Below, piece after piece: positions 1 to 13,689 of a stretch of DNA of 64,000 bases (position 1 is its first letter; each line of letters opens with the position of its first letter). The stretch lies in NCBI GenBank assembly GCA_030141605.1, contig JAQGDQ010000010.1, positions 496,001-560,000 of the forward strand. The letters are read 5' to 3'. The notes under the pieces are model-generated. The model was given only the letters and a program-made list of their open reading frames with translations. It searched no databases and was not told the origin of the DNA. The stretch is from Tubiluchus corallicola (Eukaryota > Animalia > Priapulida). Position numbers and translations under genes: made by a program.

Positions 1-130
1 CAAATTTACCTGTATCAGAATTACCAAGTACCAAAAATTTCTAATACCAAATTTTTCCAGTACCAAACTTTCCTCGTACCGATTTTACCTGTACCAAACT
101 TGTCTGTACTAAACTTACTTGTATCAAAGG
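1..130. repeat. Degenerate ~15-bp minisatellite (consensus about GTACCAAATTTACCT), truncated by the window edge
   Basis: Repeated gtacc/gtatc + aaa + ttt units at ~15-bp spacing (gtaccaaaaatttct, gtaccaaactttcct, gtaccgattttacct, gtaccaaacttgtct). Confidence 0.75.
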
Positions 131-280
131 TAGTATTCCATTCCGTTACTACCGCTTAGTAGGTTGACCTTTGCGACTGGATTTTAGCAGACCATGTGCT
201 GGATATGTAGAAGCTCGTCCTACATTGCAAAGTCTGCCAGCTGGTTGCAGTAATTGGGTTTGAAAGTACGTATTTCTCAA

Positions 281-1941
281 GCAACGTATAAATTGTTGAG
301 ACAAGTGGTAGCTATTACATAGATTCATTACTTGATAAACCTGTTTTATCTGCGTAAAATGCTGGTTTATTCGGTCCTGGTCCAGCGCAGTCTCAATTTT
401 TGAACTTTTTCATTTCGATTTTAGTTTTGGTTTATTACTAATGTTTTCTGAAATTCAGCTTTGCCACGACAGGCCACTGTCAATAATCAATAGTATTAGA
501 ATTAGCACAATCAACACTATCGCCACTGCTGCGGCAGATGAAATAGTGGCACCGTCATAGCGCTATTACTATTGTTTTTTGTACCATTGCGAACCGAAAC
601 GTGGATTTTAGATAATGACTTATCCATTAAACAAGCTTCGTTTACTGCATTAAGTGAACTCGAAATGTCATCGGAAAAAGACTTGCAAAAAGCAAGTAGA
701 CAGTCGTAAATGCTAAGACATTTCAATGACTGAATTTTCTGTTGTAATTTTGAGGTTTTTTCTCGCAGCAAATTTACTTGGCATGCGCGCATCTCTTGAA
801 AACGCGCGGTATCGGATAATTCCTAGGAACATTTATTGGATTTCTGTATGGAAAAGTCTCCAGAGAGAAAAATACGTAATTGGTTGTTGAAATCACCAAA
901 AGTTTTGTCATTATGGTTAACAAAGTGACTGAAAAACACGTTTGTGCGGCAAAATTGTACAATTGTTGATATATGATTGTCTTGTGAGTTGTGCTTATTG
1001 CTTTTTTACAGTTTATTCCACCATCACCAATGCGTGAAAAGCAAATTGATTTGAATCATGAGTATACTGTATAACCACTAACCAGAAAATACTGTAGAGC
1101 AAAGTTTTTATTTTAGTTCAATGACCTGTCCTGTTTAAATTAACAAAATGCAGATTTGTTAATTTACCATTATTATTACCAGCCGATATAGTCTAGTGGT
1201 AAAGTGTCCACTTTCCGTCTGGTAGGTCGTGAGCTCGATACTGTGGCTGGGTCATAACAAAGACCTTAAATGTGGTACCTGCTGTTGCACTGCCTGGCGC
1301 GTAGTATTTAAGGTGAAACTGGTGTAATAATAATCTCAGTTATGTAGGTGTAGTTACAGTCGGCGATAAAGCCCTCAAGGGCTTACGTTGTCTGTTGAAT
1401 TTAAAGCCGACTTTAAATAAAGGTTATTATTATTATGGTGTAACGTACATGTCAGCTTCCCACATAAATAGACTAGTGTAGTAGCTTACGTCATGTGAGT
1501 GTGGTGTTTGTTCTCAGTTAGTCTGTCAGTTGGTCGGTCATCCCAGTTGCAGAGTTTGGAAAGAAAACACAAACTCCAATCATTTTTGGCCCTTCTTTGC
1601 TGTGCATATCTCAATATGGATTCTACCTTTTGCTCAAATGTGGAAGTAAAATAAGATCAGCATTAAAAAGATCTTTTCTATAGCCTGTAAACGATAAAGG
1701 CCATTAGCCAAGGTTAGTAAGTACTGCGGGAGGGCCAGTTTAATCGCTTGTAATGATAGCTGTAGGAAACCAGCATATACCTATGTCTACTACTAGTCTT
1801 GCAGGTATCGAAAAGAGGTCATCAACTTTACTCCAGGTACGGCACATAGTTTGATATGACGTGCAAGTGGTATTGTCCACGTAGTCAGTTATAACGCATG
1901 GTGACTTTGTCCATGAGGTCTGAAATTATTGGACAACTTGA
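281..1941 (+). repeat. Tandem segmental duplication, copy 1 (1661 bp)
   Basis: gcaacgtataaattgttgag...ggacaacttga recurs at 1944-3615; the duplicated ORFs in the track (517/2230, 774/2448) agree. Confidence 0.97.
1182..1436 (+). mobile_element. tRNA-derived SINE (MetaSINE-like body)
   Basis: A-box-like TAGTCTAGTGG, B-box-like GAGCTCGATAC, body GGGTCATAACAAAGACCTTAAATGTGGTACCTGCTG...CTGCCTGGCGC resembling the Meta central domain (from memory), (TTA)n tail. Confidence 0.75.
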
Positions 1942-1943
1942 TT

Positions 1944-3615
1944 GCAACGTATAAATTGTTGAGACAAGTGGTAGCTATTACATAGATTCATTACTTGATA
2001 AACCTGTTTTATCTGCGTAAAATGCTGGTTTATTCGGTCCTGGTCCAGCGCAGTCTCAATTTTTGAACTTTTTCATTTCGATTTTAGTTTTGGTTTATTA
2101 CTAATGTTTTCTGAAATTCAGCTTTGCCACGACAGGCCACTGTCAATAATCAATAGTATTAGAATTAGCACAATCAACACTATCGCCACTGCTGCAGCTA
2201 CTGCTGCGGCAGATGAAATAGTGGCACCGTCATAGCGCTATTACTATTGTTTTTGTACCATTGCGAACCGAAACGTTGATTTTAGATAATGACTTATCCA
2301 TTAAACAAGCTTCGTTTACTGCATTAAGTGAACTCGAAATGTCATCGGAAAAAGACTTGCAAAAAGCAAGTAGACAGTCGTAAATGCTAAGACATTTCAA
2401 TGACTGAATTTTCTGTTGTAATTTTGAGGTTTTTTCTCGCAGCAAATTTACTTGGCATGCGCGCATCTCTTGAAAACGCGCGGTATCGGATAATTCCTAG
2501 GAACATTTATTGGATTTCTGTATGGAAAAGTCTCCAGAGAGAAAAATACGTAATTGGTTGTTGAAATCACCAAAAGTTTTGTCATTATGGTTAACAAAGT
2601 GACTGAAAAACACGTTTGTGTGGCAAAATTGTACAATTGTTGATATATGATTGTCTTGTGAGTTGTGCTTATTGCTTTTTTACAGTTTATTCCACCATCA
2701 CCAATGCGTGAAAAGCAAATTGATTTGAATCATGAGTATACTGTATAACCACTAACCAGAAAATACTGTAGAGCAAAGTTTTTATTTTAGTTCAATGACC
2801 TGTCCTGTTTAAATTAACAAAATGCAGATTTGTTAATTTACCATTATTATTACCAGCCGATATAGTCTAGTGGTAAAGTGTCCACTTTCCGTCTGGTAGG
2901 TCGTGAGCTCGATACTGTGGCTGGGTCATAACAAAGACCTTAAATGTGGTACCTGCTGTTGCACTGCCTGGCGCGTAGTATTTAAGGTGAAACTGGTGTA
3001 ATAATAATCTCAGTTATGTAGGTGTAGTTACAGTCGGCGATAAAGCCCTCAAGGGCTTGCGTTGTCTGTTGAATTTAAAGCCGACTTTAAATAAAGGTTA
3101 TTATTATTATGGTGTAACGTGCATGTCAGCTTCCCACATAAATAGACTAGTGTAGTAGCTTACGTCATGTGAGTGTGGTGTTTGTTCTCAGTTAGTCTGT
3201 CAGTTGGTCGGTCATCCCAGTTGCAGAGTTTGGAAAGAAAACACAAACTCCAATCATTTTTGGCCCTTCTTTGCTGTGCATATCTCAATATGGATTCTAC
3301 CTTTTGCTCAAATGTGGAAGTAAAATAAGATCAGCATTAAAAAGATCTTTTCTATAGCCTGTAAACGATAAAGGCCATTAGCCAAGGTTAGTAAGTACTG
3401 CGGGAGGGCCAGTTTAATCGCTTGTAATGATAGCTGTAGGAAACCAGCATATACCTATGTCTACTACTAGTCTTGCAGGTATCGAAAAGAGGTCATCAAC
3501 TTTACTCCAGGTACGGCACATAGTTTGATATGACGTGCAAGTGGTATTGTCCACGTAGTCAGTTATAACGCATGGTGACTTTGTCCATGAGGTCTGAAAT
3601 TATTGGACAACTTGA
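1944..3615 (+). repeat. Tandem segmental duplication, copy 2 (1672 bp)
   Basis: Matches 281-1941 except a 12-bp insertion (2196-2207), a 1-bp deletion in a T run and about four substitutions seen by eye; 2-nt TT junction at 1942-1943. Confidence 0.97.
2856..3110 (+). mobile_element. Same SINE, carried in duplication copy 2
   Basis: Near-identical to 1182-1436 at offset +1674. Confidence 0.75.
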
Positions 3616-6602
3616 GTGGGCAGATGTTTTTGGTGGTAGAGATTTCCACGAAGTTTGGTGACAATTTGTCTCATTGCTGTAATCGTATCGTTGGGAGCTG
3701 CTATGGGTGTACCGACAAACCGTTGAGAGACGGATCCATGTTTGAGGTGACCAGGCACCTCCAGTACGGTAACAACCCAGACTGTAAGTTGCACAATTTA
3801 GTATTTGCTTATCTGTTGCTAGCAATTGCATGAAAGCTGGACTTAACCTCCTTGCTGTTCAAGAAATTTGTGGTGACATTAAGAGACACTGAGGCGTCCT
3901 ACGTTAGACTTTGTAGGCCTACGCAACCTCCATGGTGTATTTCTAAGTGAGATAATGCCGGTTGATCATCCTAGCATTAGCGAGGACTACATCATTTGGG
4001 TTGGCGTGTAGTTAGGCAAATAGGTACCCCTTTTTAGTTATGTTTAGCTGTTGTGCATTATTTACTAATTTATTTGTTAGTTTATTGACTTGACACTGTA
4101 AGTCCCAGGCTTAAAGGGTTTTGTTTATTTTGTAAGCACGGTAAAAGGTAACCATATTTAGCACATTCAAAAGTAGTTAAATTAGTGTTTGACTAATGAT
4201 AGTGTTTTTTTACATATGTTTTTGTCTTTGCTTAATAATTATTTCTACAATATTTATGCAATTGATTGTTTGTACATTAGTTGCCTACGCATCGTCGTTT
4301 GCATTATCACAATGAGTGCAACAGATTACTCCAAGCAAAATAAATTGCACCTCCTACATCCGAACCACTCTGCTCAGTAGATAGGCCCCCCGTAGACTGC
4401 GTACAAACTTGCCACTGTCTAGGGCTGACAGGTAGATGATTGGTCGCCCCTTTCTTTAACTCGGTCAGGCCAGTCAAATTGTTATCCAGCGACTACCTTC
4501 GATCAAACAACCTACCCCTAGTCGTCAGATCGTCACATATTGTTATTATTACGGTATTACCTCAATCATAACTTATTACTTCAGTCGTAATTTTAGTAAA
4601 TTGCACACAGGTTTTTGGAAATATTTTCTCCCTGCGTTGTACATATAGTATAAATTTATCTTAATCATGTGGCGCCAATCTATTTTGACTAAGAAAGAAA
4701 GCTTATTGTAAGTTGGGGCTCATTTTTTTGCCCATTGGTGACATTTTCCTGCTATGAGATAATTACAGTAAGTATTTGCTTGACGATAGAACGGGTAGAA
4801 CTTCTCTTGAAGTTATATCATCGTGCTGTTAGTCAAGTAAGGCAATATTGTTCTGCTACTGAATATACCAGAATATAGAAAAATTTTACGCCGTGTTCTT
4901 CAAATACCAAGGAAGTTCTTGTAATATGACATTTGTAATAGGTTCTCATTGCAGTATGACAACGTATTGCTGATTACGCACCCTCTTACAAAGATAATTG
5001 TTAAACATACTCTAAATCTCTTGAAATCTATTGATAACCTTAATAATGAACTATTGAGTACATTATCAATCTTAAATACTCACAGTAGCTTAAAAACGTT
5101 GGTAAAGGGTAACATTTATGTTCATTTTTATGACAATGATCGAATATGACAATAGCACTTTGCATTTTATTGGACGTTGAACAACGAGATATTAATTTAA
5201 CAAAGTAATAGGTCGAGTAGGTCTACACTTTTTCTTTTATGAGAAACATTGAGCAAAATCGAAATGCATAAATGTTCATGTTCAATACGTATATAAGTTA
5301 GTATAATAGTATTAGTTATTCTTGGCCTGCTGTCTGCTGAAACTATTTTCTCAAATGTGGATCGTGTCGCCATCTGTACGAGCTGATATAAATAAAAGCA
5401 TTCCATGCAGTTGCACCAATGAAGCCGCATATTAACAATGCTGAACTGTGTCGCCTCGTGACATCGAAAAGAAGATTTTGAAAAATGCATAGCAGGTTTT
5501 AGCGGATTTAACGAAAAGTGTTTATAAATGGCGACCAATAGATTATAGTAATTGTTTCCTGTTTTCAGTTTTACTAATAATTATGATTATTACAACGAAA
5601 TGCAAATAGGAAATTATTGACAAATAGGAGTTTATGAAAATTAATATGTGACAGCTAACTACCAGTAATGAAGAACGACATTGATAGTTTTTGTTACTGA
5701 TACTGTATGTAATAGAATCTCATTTTACACTTTCTGCTGTAATTCGCTCCATGCACGTCGCATTGTAGTCAGAGGAAGCAGCTGTGTACAAGATTAGTTC
5801 CCGAATTTTACCGCAGAACTAAAATATCATGATGGAGTATCTTGAACTGACGGTTGCGTGGTGCCTATAGACGCCTACTCCTTGACATCTTTTAACTGCT
5901 TCAAAGATTCACCAGTTAATTTACTAATCAAGATGAAAGACCTATGCTTGTTTAAATTGAGTTTAGCTAGTTAATTATTGTGAAATTGCAAATTTATAAA
6001 AACAACAAGCTACGAAACCTTGCGCTTGCGTTTCTCATTGCTAGCTTTGTCATACAGGAGTACAACTAAACGTTTACGCAGACATGAGTTCACTCAGCTA
6101 TCGCTGCTTCTGTTAGCACCTCATACACTTGTCATATAGGCTTCTCACTCTGTCATAAGTTTTCTCTTTCTGCAGATGCTGTTAAAAGTCTAGTCGCAAC
6201 CAGAATTGGCATGAAATGCTAATAGAGATGATGTTTTTTCTGAGCCCACAGCATTAACCATTTCATATGGCCTTTATAAACTCACGATAGCCATTTTTTT
6301 AACCAGCTGGAAGTATGGCCGCCATATTGGACGCACCTAAATCCCTGGCTTCTAAAGCATAGATCTAAATACTAAAATCATCACCCTACTTTTTGTCTTA
6401 GAATGTGCAATATAGCTAATATATTACACAAGCGGTTACATTTTGACAGCCGTCTTAAAATCCTCATTGAGGAGTTGTCGCTGATTTTTAAGAAACATTA
6501 TATATGAATTTCTTGACCTCGAAACTCTATATTTAGACACCAAAACCGGCATCTTATCTGCTGTAACAGCTAAGAAGCCGCTTTTAAGATTAGCAACAGC
6601 TA

Positions 6603-7683
6603 GGGTAAAAAGGGCTAATGTTGGACAATGAGTTTCACGTTTTCCTAAAAACAATTAAACTACCTGGACGTTGTTTTTTCCTTTCATTGTTAATACTGCC
6701 ACATCTTATCTTTAGACTGACATTTTCACCATTGCCTAGCAGTTCGTTTTCACGTAATCGTATGGTCGTGAACATACAAGCTTACTCGCTGAGTACGTTA
6801 ATCCTTATTGTACTAACTTTTTTAATTTGCTGATAAACAGACCTGATGTATCAATCATTTTCAGCATCCTCTTAGAAAAAGGGTTTATTTTATAAGTTAC
6901 TTCTTCTCTGATGTTTTCTTGCCTCACCTTTGTTAAAAAAATATTTGCTTGTCTATTATGCAACCCACTGATGCAGTGTCCGGCTTCACCCGAAGGCCTA
7001 GGCTAATGTCGGACAATTGAATTTTTGTGTCCGACTTTTCGATGGAATTAATTGCTTTTGTAGGTAAATAACAGTGATTTGGCCCAAAATAATAAACCGT
7101 TTGAACCAAAATATAAAAATATATGATTTTGATCATTTTAGAAACATGGGTAGAAAACCGTTTACGATACGGCTGGCGAAAATGTTGTAAATATAAAAAA
7201 CTTAAAGAATAAGAGAGGAAAACTTCAGCAGTGGAGCTATGACTACATGCAATCTGTCATCAATGCATATTATTCACGGAGAAAATGTTAATGAGTGCGT
7301 TGGAGCTTTCCTAATTATTCTATACTGTATAACATTTCTCCGTTGGAGCTTTCCTAATTTATTCTATACTGTATAACATTTCTCTCATGTCGTCAAAGAT
7401 CAATCTCGATGTTGCAAACAATTTAAAAAATTTAAATGCATAACCACAAAGTTGCTTATTACATCCGACGTTACCCTGCCAACTGTCCGACATTACCTAC
7501 AAGTGTCCGACATTATCCCGTTTTTGAAATGACGTTGCAAGGCATATAATCATCACAGCATTTTAGATTTTATGCAGCTACCCCCTTTTCTGTACTGCCT
7601 GATTCGTTAACAGCATAGCTTTAATTTATAGGTAAAAATGTCGATAGAAAGTCTTTCTTCTCCGACATTAGCCCAATTTACCT
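6603..7683. mobile_element. MITE-like TIR element, possibly Tc1/mariner-pogo type
   Basis: Left end (TA)GGGTAAAAAGGGCTAATGTTGGACA is the imperfect inverse of right end TCTCCGACATTAGCCCAATTTACCTC; internal CTAATGTCGGACA / TGTCCGACATTA copies near 7002, 7485 and 7505. Confidence 0.6.
7298..7384 (+). repeat. Local tandem duplication, 2 x 43-44 bp
   Basis: cgttggagctttcctaattattctatactgtataacatttctc occurs twice; the second copy has one extra T. Confidence 0.95.
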
Positions 7684-9679
7684 CATATTGTCGGCCATCT
7701 CGAAAATGGCGGCCATATTGGAAGACAGGCGATTGACTCATATCCAGAATTAAACACCTTGACGGTTCTAGGATTGTGCAGTCTTATAACTTCTAGGTGA
7801 AATGAACAAGATTTTCATTCTGCTAGATTATTCATGTCGGGAACCCGATGCCATTTTGTTTTTAGCTCATTAGACTGTGTAAGCTGATTGGCATCCTTTT
7901 TGGAGCCTAGCAGCAACTTCAGCAAGGTCGAGTTAGTAAAAATAATTTGCTTTTGTTTTTATAAAAAATGTTTAGGTGAAACACTGCATAATCGGCGTAG
8001 TTTCGTTTTCTGCGCGGTCAAATTGCGTCAAATTACACTGGAATAGATGTCACAGTGGCTTCTTAATGTTAATTTTCTGAACTTTTCTTTTAATTTATTC
8101 ATTGTTTGCACAAAAACTTGGCAGCCATTTCATTTTTTGCGTATTTTACTTTTTCCGCTAGTTAAAAGGGTTAAGTTGATAAAACTAATTATGTTGCATA
8201 TTTTTAGGAAAAAAACACCTCCAGGGTTCCACTTTTCTGAAGATTCGTCTAATCTACGAAACGTGAAGTCTGTATTAGCTGAGCTGGTCTACGCCAGCTG
8301 GTGTTAATCTAAGATCGTGCTGAACGACTGAATGGTCACAAGACACAGAGAGAGATTGTCAGTTAATATATTTATTTATTTATTTTCTTCTTTATTACAG
8401 CTCTTAGACGTTACATCTCTTAAGCCATTAAAACACAATTGCCAATAAAAGCAGCAGGAGCAAGTTTCATTAATCACTTATTAACCAGCGCCGTCAAGAA
8501 ATGTATTTTTGCTCACATATCTACTGCGAAATTCACAGCAGTATGTTAATTATTTTGAAACAATTAATAACCCCAACCCAACATCTCATTACCGTTTTTT
8601 GCAGAACTTGCCGACAATGCTGTCAAAACTCCCGAAAGTTGTTGCATCATTTTGTAATTTTTAAACGTGGCTTGTGCTGAAGTCTGTTTCTGCTGAAGAA
8701 AAATCGATTAGTGAAACTGTTTAGAACAAGATCATGATTTGTGGCAGCACTTAGAAGTGGTATTGAACGGAATGAAAAGCACGTTCCGAGTGATCCTCCT
8801 TTCCACTCGGATTTCTACTTCTGCTCCTCTTTTCTCAGCCAACTTTAAGCCAACAAAGTTATTTACTCGATAACTCTAATTCCGACTTCTTCCTATTCAA
8901 ACATCTCCATTTTATTCGCAGAGACAGATGCTGGTAGCAGGGAGTTGACATTGTGCCTTCCAGACCTAATCGATTGGAAAATGTGTCGATAAATTGTATT
9001 TGTATTGAACAGTTTCTTCTGGCGTGGAAATAACTGATATGGCCACTTATTAGTTATAAAGACCAGATGGGACATTTGTTATTGACTGTCAGCAGTTAAA
9101 TAGTAGTGAACATCTTACCTGGCTGCACTTACAGTATTTAACAAACTGAAACCACAACAACTCAATGTTGTCGAAGGAAAGGCTTTTCTCCCCATTTTTT
9201 CCAACTAGCATATTTCCACTACACACGTCTGAAAAGCAGGGTTTTACACTACAATGGTACAAGTTGGGAGTCATTTAAATATCTCACGACGACAGCAATT
9301 ACCGCTATTCTTGTAACGTCTGGTGTATAAATTGAGAGACGGATAACATCTTTGATTTAGGTTTTTCTGGCGACATCCACAAGATGTGCTAAATCATCTT
9401 GTATGCACTGATGAATGTCATATGCAGATGTAAATTTTATAACGTATATGTTACTCATTATATTAATTATAATTTTATATTATAATATATTGTTTAATAT
9501 TAATTATTTCAAAAAATAACAATAATAAATACAGCATATTTAAACATTAATGCCCCACAGTAATTAATAAGCACTTAATTACTTAATTTTACACACAAAA
9601 CAACAGAAATTATTGGAAATTTAAAATAGCTACAAATTCTTTATTTCTAAGTTATTAGGAGGTTGCTCTTACAAACTTT

Positions 9680-10500
<821 letters not shown>

Positions 10501-12032
10501 CTGTTTACTAAACAGGCTCTGTCGTATGCCTTGTTTATATGTGTATTTCATTTCGGTGCTAAATCAAGAAGCAGAACCAAACACATGTAGTGGCGATCAG
10601 GTGGCCAAGCGTGAGGCTTCGCTGTCGTCTCTTTAATGGTACCGCTTTGAGAATAATGTGCTAACTTAAAACATAAAATGAGAAACTACTTGCGGCATTA
10701 ACGTTAATGTTAATGTTAATTAATACTTTACAACGAAAATACGCAGATATTAGTTCACTTGACTTATCGGATAATATATTTGAAACGTTTTAAAAGCACA
10801 GTTAAGTGCTTTATTGGAAATTCATTTATTATCGTGGATATATTTAATAGTGTCAATACTTTCAATTAATTCTGTATTTACAAGGTAGGTATGTACTAAC
10901 TAGTTTAATATATCAGAGCTACCAATCCTACGATTTTTTACAAAGAGTTTGAGCGAAATATCTTCGTTATAGCACTTGAAACTCGAAAACTGCTTAAGTT
11001 AAAGCATAAGATGTTATTTTATTTTTTCTTAATTCTTTCTTTTATGGAAACCGGTGATAACTTTGCTCAAGAGATTGAACTGTTTTTGTCAGTTTTAGTC
11101 ATGGATTCGAGTTAGACTATGCCATTGAGCATCTCGACTCTTTTATTTACTCAGAAAATCTGTCATTTGCGAGGAAAATGGAAACATTTACGAAAAAAGA
11201 TTGTACTTGCCCGATTCTGTCAGCAATGTACTTTCCTGGCAGTTCGGTCGGTTTCGTCTAGGTCCATAATATCTATTCTTAGTCGAATGTTATCAGCACC
11301 TTTTAACGCGCTGGTTACGCCATCTATTAAAATTAAGTTCAACTAATAGAAATTAGTTAATCTCAGCTTATTTAATTGAGTTTAATTTTTAACTAACTTT
11401 AATTTATTACATTCCCATATCGAGAATGTAACCCAACCCTCTGTTCCCACGAAATTCTGACATTTTTAAACCTTGCAATAACAAAAGTATGGAAGGTCCA
11501 CAGTCTTGACGCAAAAAGCTGCTAAATTTAATTAAAAATTTAATCACCGAGTTCATTTAGCACGAATTTTATCCATAATCTATTAAAATGTTACTGTGTA
11601 AATTGCAGTTATAACTTGATTTTTGCACATAACCAGTTTTTGCTGTTAAATATGTAATTACAATTTATTATTTATTACAATTCAAGCACTGTAATAAATA
11701 TCAATAAACGAACTAAAGGAATAAAAAACGATCAAACAAACGCTCGCACGCGCGCATGTGCAGACGAAAAAAGGAGGCCAGCAAGTCAATGAGTGAATGA
11801 ACAAATGAGCAAACGAAAGAACAAATACACTAATGAATGAATGAATGAATTTAGAAGCGAGAAAACTGAAGATACATGATGTGTCTGAACAATGTAGTAG
11901 AGTTTACAACACATTTAATAGATAAATCAGAACGCACTATTACAAGCGTGTCTTGAGAGTTATGACATGGTGGAGACTACTCTCCTGTTATGCATGCGCA
12001 TATTAAATAGTTATTGAGATATTATTACAAAA

Positions 12033-13070
12033 ACTAGCTTGAGCGGTAAGATGTGTGCTTCACTGCAAAGTTATACAGCACAGGGCCTGGCTAATAACTG
12101 GATGCGTGTCAGCTGGCAAAAGTGTTCTGAGCATTTCATATGCCATTCTGCTTCCTAACAATTTCTCTATTAGCATCTGCGGATTCGGCGTCTTGTCTTA
12201 GAAGATAATCCTTGACAATTTGCTAGATCCTAGTCCCCTTAGACGTACGAGGCAGGGGTTCAGGGGAGGGGGCGAATAACCTTCCCAGAACAAATAAATT
12301 TTACATTTTCAGGGCAAAAGCTATTTATTTTCAAGACAAATAATTGTATAATAAAATTTCCAGATTTAATATTGAATATTAAAAAATGCTTAAGATGCGC
12401 AAGAATAAAATGTGTACCCAAGGGCTTTAAAGAATGCAAAAGTAAACCTACAATTTCATTTTTCTGAAAATTTCTGCTAATTCCTGCTTGAAAAATGAAA
12501 ATATTTGTAAAATTCAGTTTTGCAAAAAATTTTCACAGTCTTTATTTTAACATTAAATTTGCGCATGTTTGCGTTCACTACGCCGTGACTACGGCATATA
12601 TATATAGCAATGTACCAATGTCGTTGTATCATTTGGAATAGGAATTCCGATTAGAAAAAATCGTAAATTGCGTTACTTCATTAAACATCAGTCATTACCC
12701 TCGACTTAATTTTGTTAAAAAAACTTCCATCTTTCTCTTGAAAGTCGGGGCTAGGCGACGAATGTCGGGGGATTGCGAATGGGCTTCACAAGTTGAATAC
12801 CTCTCTTCCACTAATCTGGCCCTGTGTGGGCCAATAAATATTTTAGTTTTTATCTTGTCAGTCTATATTCTACATAAGTTTGTTATTTGGAAATCATATA
12901 AACTAGGGCAGGTTAGGAAATTTTCAGGGCAAATTCCTTCTGTCCCCTTGTGAAACTTACTTACGTACACCTATGCCAGTCTCGCCACAGTCACCTACAT
13001 TGGACATTGGGAAAGTCTTGTCGTTAAATGCTGGATGCCGACCTGTCGAAAGACCGAACAACAACAAATC
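12033..13070 (+). mobile_element. Putative tRNA + 5S rRNA hybrid-head SINE split by a hAT-like insertion
   Basis: A-box-like TAGCTTGAGCGGTAAG at 12035, then AAGTTATACAGCACAGGGCCTGGCTAATAACTGGATGCGTGTCAGCTGG resembling the 5S rRNA internal control region; SINE-like tail with (CAA)n after 12983. Confidence 0.45.
12238..12975. mobile_element. Non-autonomous hAT-like DNA transposon
   Basis: Imperfect TIRs CTTAGACGTACG / CGTACACCTATG; 8-bp flanks CTAGTCCC and CCAGTCTC (6/8 match); internal TTCAGGGCAAA motifs like the TTCGGGCAAA motifs of 54266-54850. Confidence 0.65.
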
Positions 13071-13125
13071 ACAAGATAATGAATGAATGGATGACTAAGA
13101 AAAAATTAATAAGTCATAGGCTTAA

Positions 13126-13585
13126 AGTACAAGAAAACACTCTTCATAAATAAAGTTTAAAGAATTCGTCTTGAAATTTTGCATCACTTGCTGTCTTCTT
13201 GCATACCGGGCTAGCCTTAACAGTAACGCTGTATAAAACTTGGAAATTTAAGCTGCCGCCAGGCGCAGTCACTTGATCGGTAAGTTGTTTTCATAAAAAT
13301 TTAAATAACATTGTATAAAATTTGAAAAATAATCGAAACACTCGTAGACACATTTCACTAACTAAGCAAAAGTAGAAATTACGATATCGCGTCAATAAAA
13401 TTTTTGGTGTGTCTGTGCTTCACACTAAGAAGGTTTTTCAGTAACATTTTTCCTATTGGCGCGAACATTTTAAATTCATAATTTTTCTATTTTCTAGTTA
13501 TATAAGACTTTCAAGCAAGTAAGCGTAATGCTAAGCAATATAACTTTGTTTGGGATATACTTTAAAATTACCTTTTGTTCCCCCT
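13126..13585 (-). mobile_element. Kolobok-like non-autonomous DNA transposon, family A copy 1
   Basis: TTAA on both sides (13122-13125, 13586-13589), AG...CT termini; reverse-complement homologue of 51396-51837 and same-orientation homologue of 59573-60054. Confidence 0.8.
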
Positions 13586-13649
13586 TTAATAACTAGTTTT
13601 AATAACTAAATCGTTTAGAGATTGTTTATGCTGTTTCTTTTTTCTTTTT

Positions 13650-13689
13650 CACCTGAAGATCTTCCACGGTAGTGGATTGAAACGTTGTG
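13650..13689 (+). ncRNA. Degenerate minimal type I hammerhead ribozyme motif (Penelope-type)
   Basis: CAC-CTGAAGA-TCT-TCCAC-GGTA-GTGGA-TT-GAAA-CG-TT-GTG: both core motifs, 5-bp stem II, palindromic AACGTT stem III, 3-bp stem I; the base of stem II is mismatched. Confidence 0.55.

Larger units (their letters stand above)
6300..8040. mobile_element. Unclassified non-autonomous DNA-transposon-like repeat with GGCCGCCATATTGG motifs, interrupted by the 6603-7683 element
   Basis: tggccgccatattgg near 6316, ttcttgacctcgaaactctatatttagacaccaaaa near 6510, and ggccatctcgaaaatggcggccatattgg resuming right after 7683. Outer boundaries are approximate. Confidence 0.4.

Noticed and set aside
1439-1571. 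TG...CA segment after the SINE as a solo LTR
   Set aside because: No target-site duplication and no other copy apart from the tandem duplicate.
517-2636. Duplicated 60-90 aa ORFs as a small gene pair
   Set aside because: No recognisable motifs; they recur only because of the DNA duplication, and a 1-bp indel changes the frame between copies.
8990-9435. Possible decayed Cys-rich transposase-like tail (NHLVCTDEC)
   Set aside because: Only a few residues match among many stops; not supportable without a profile search.
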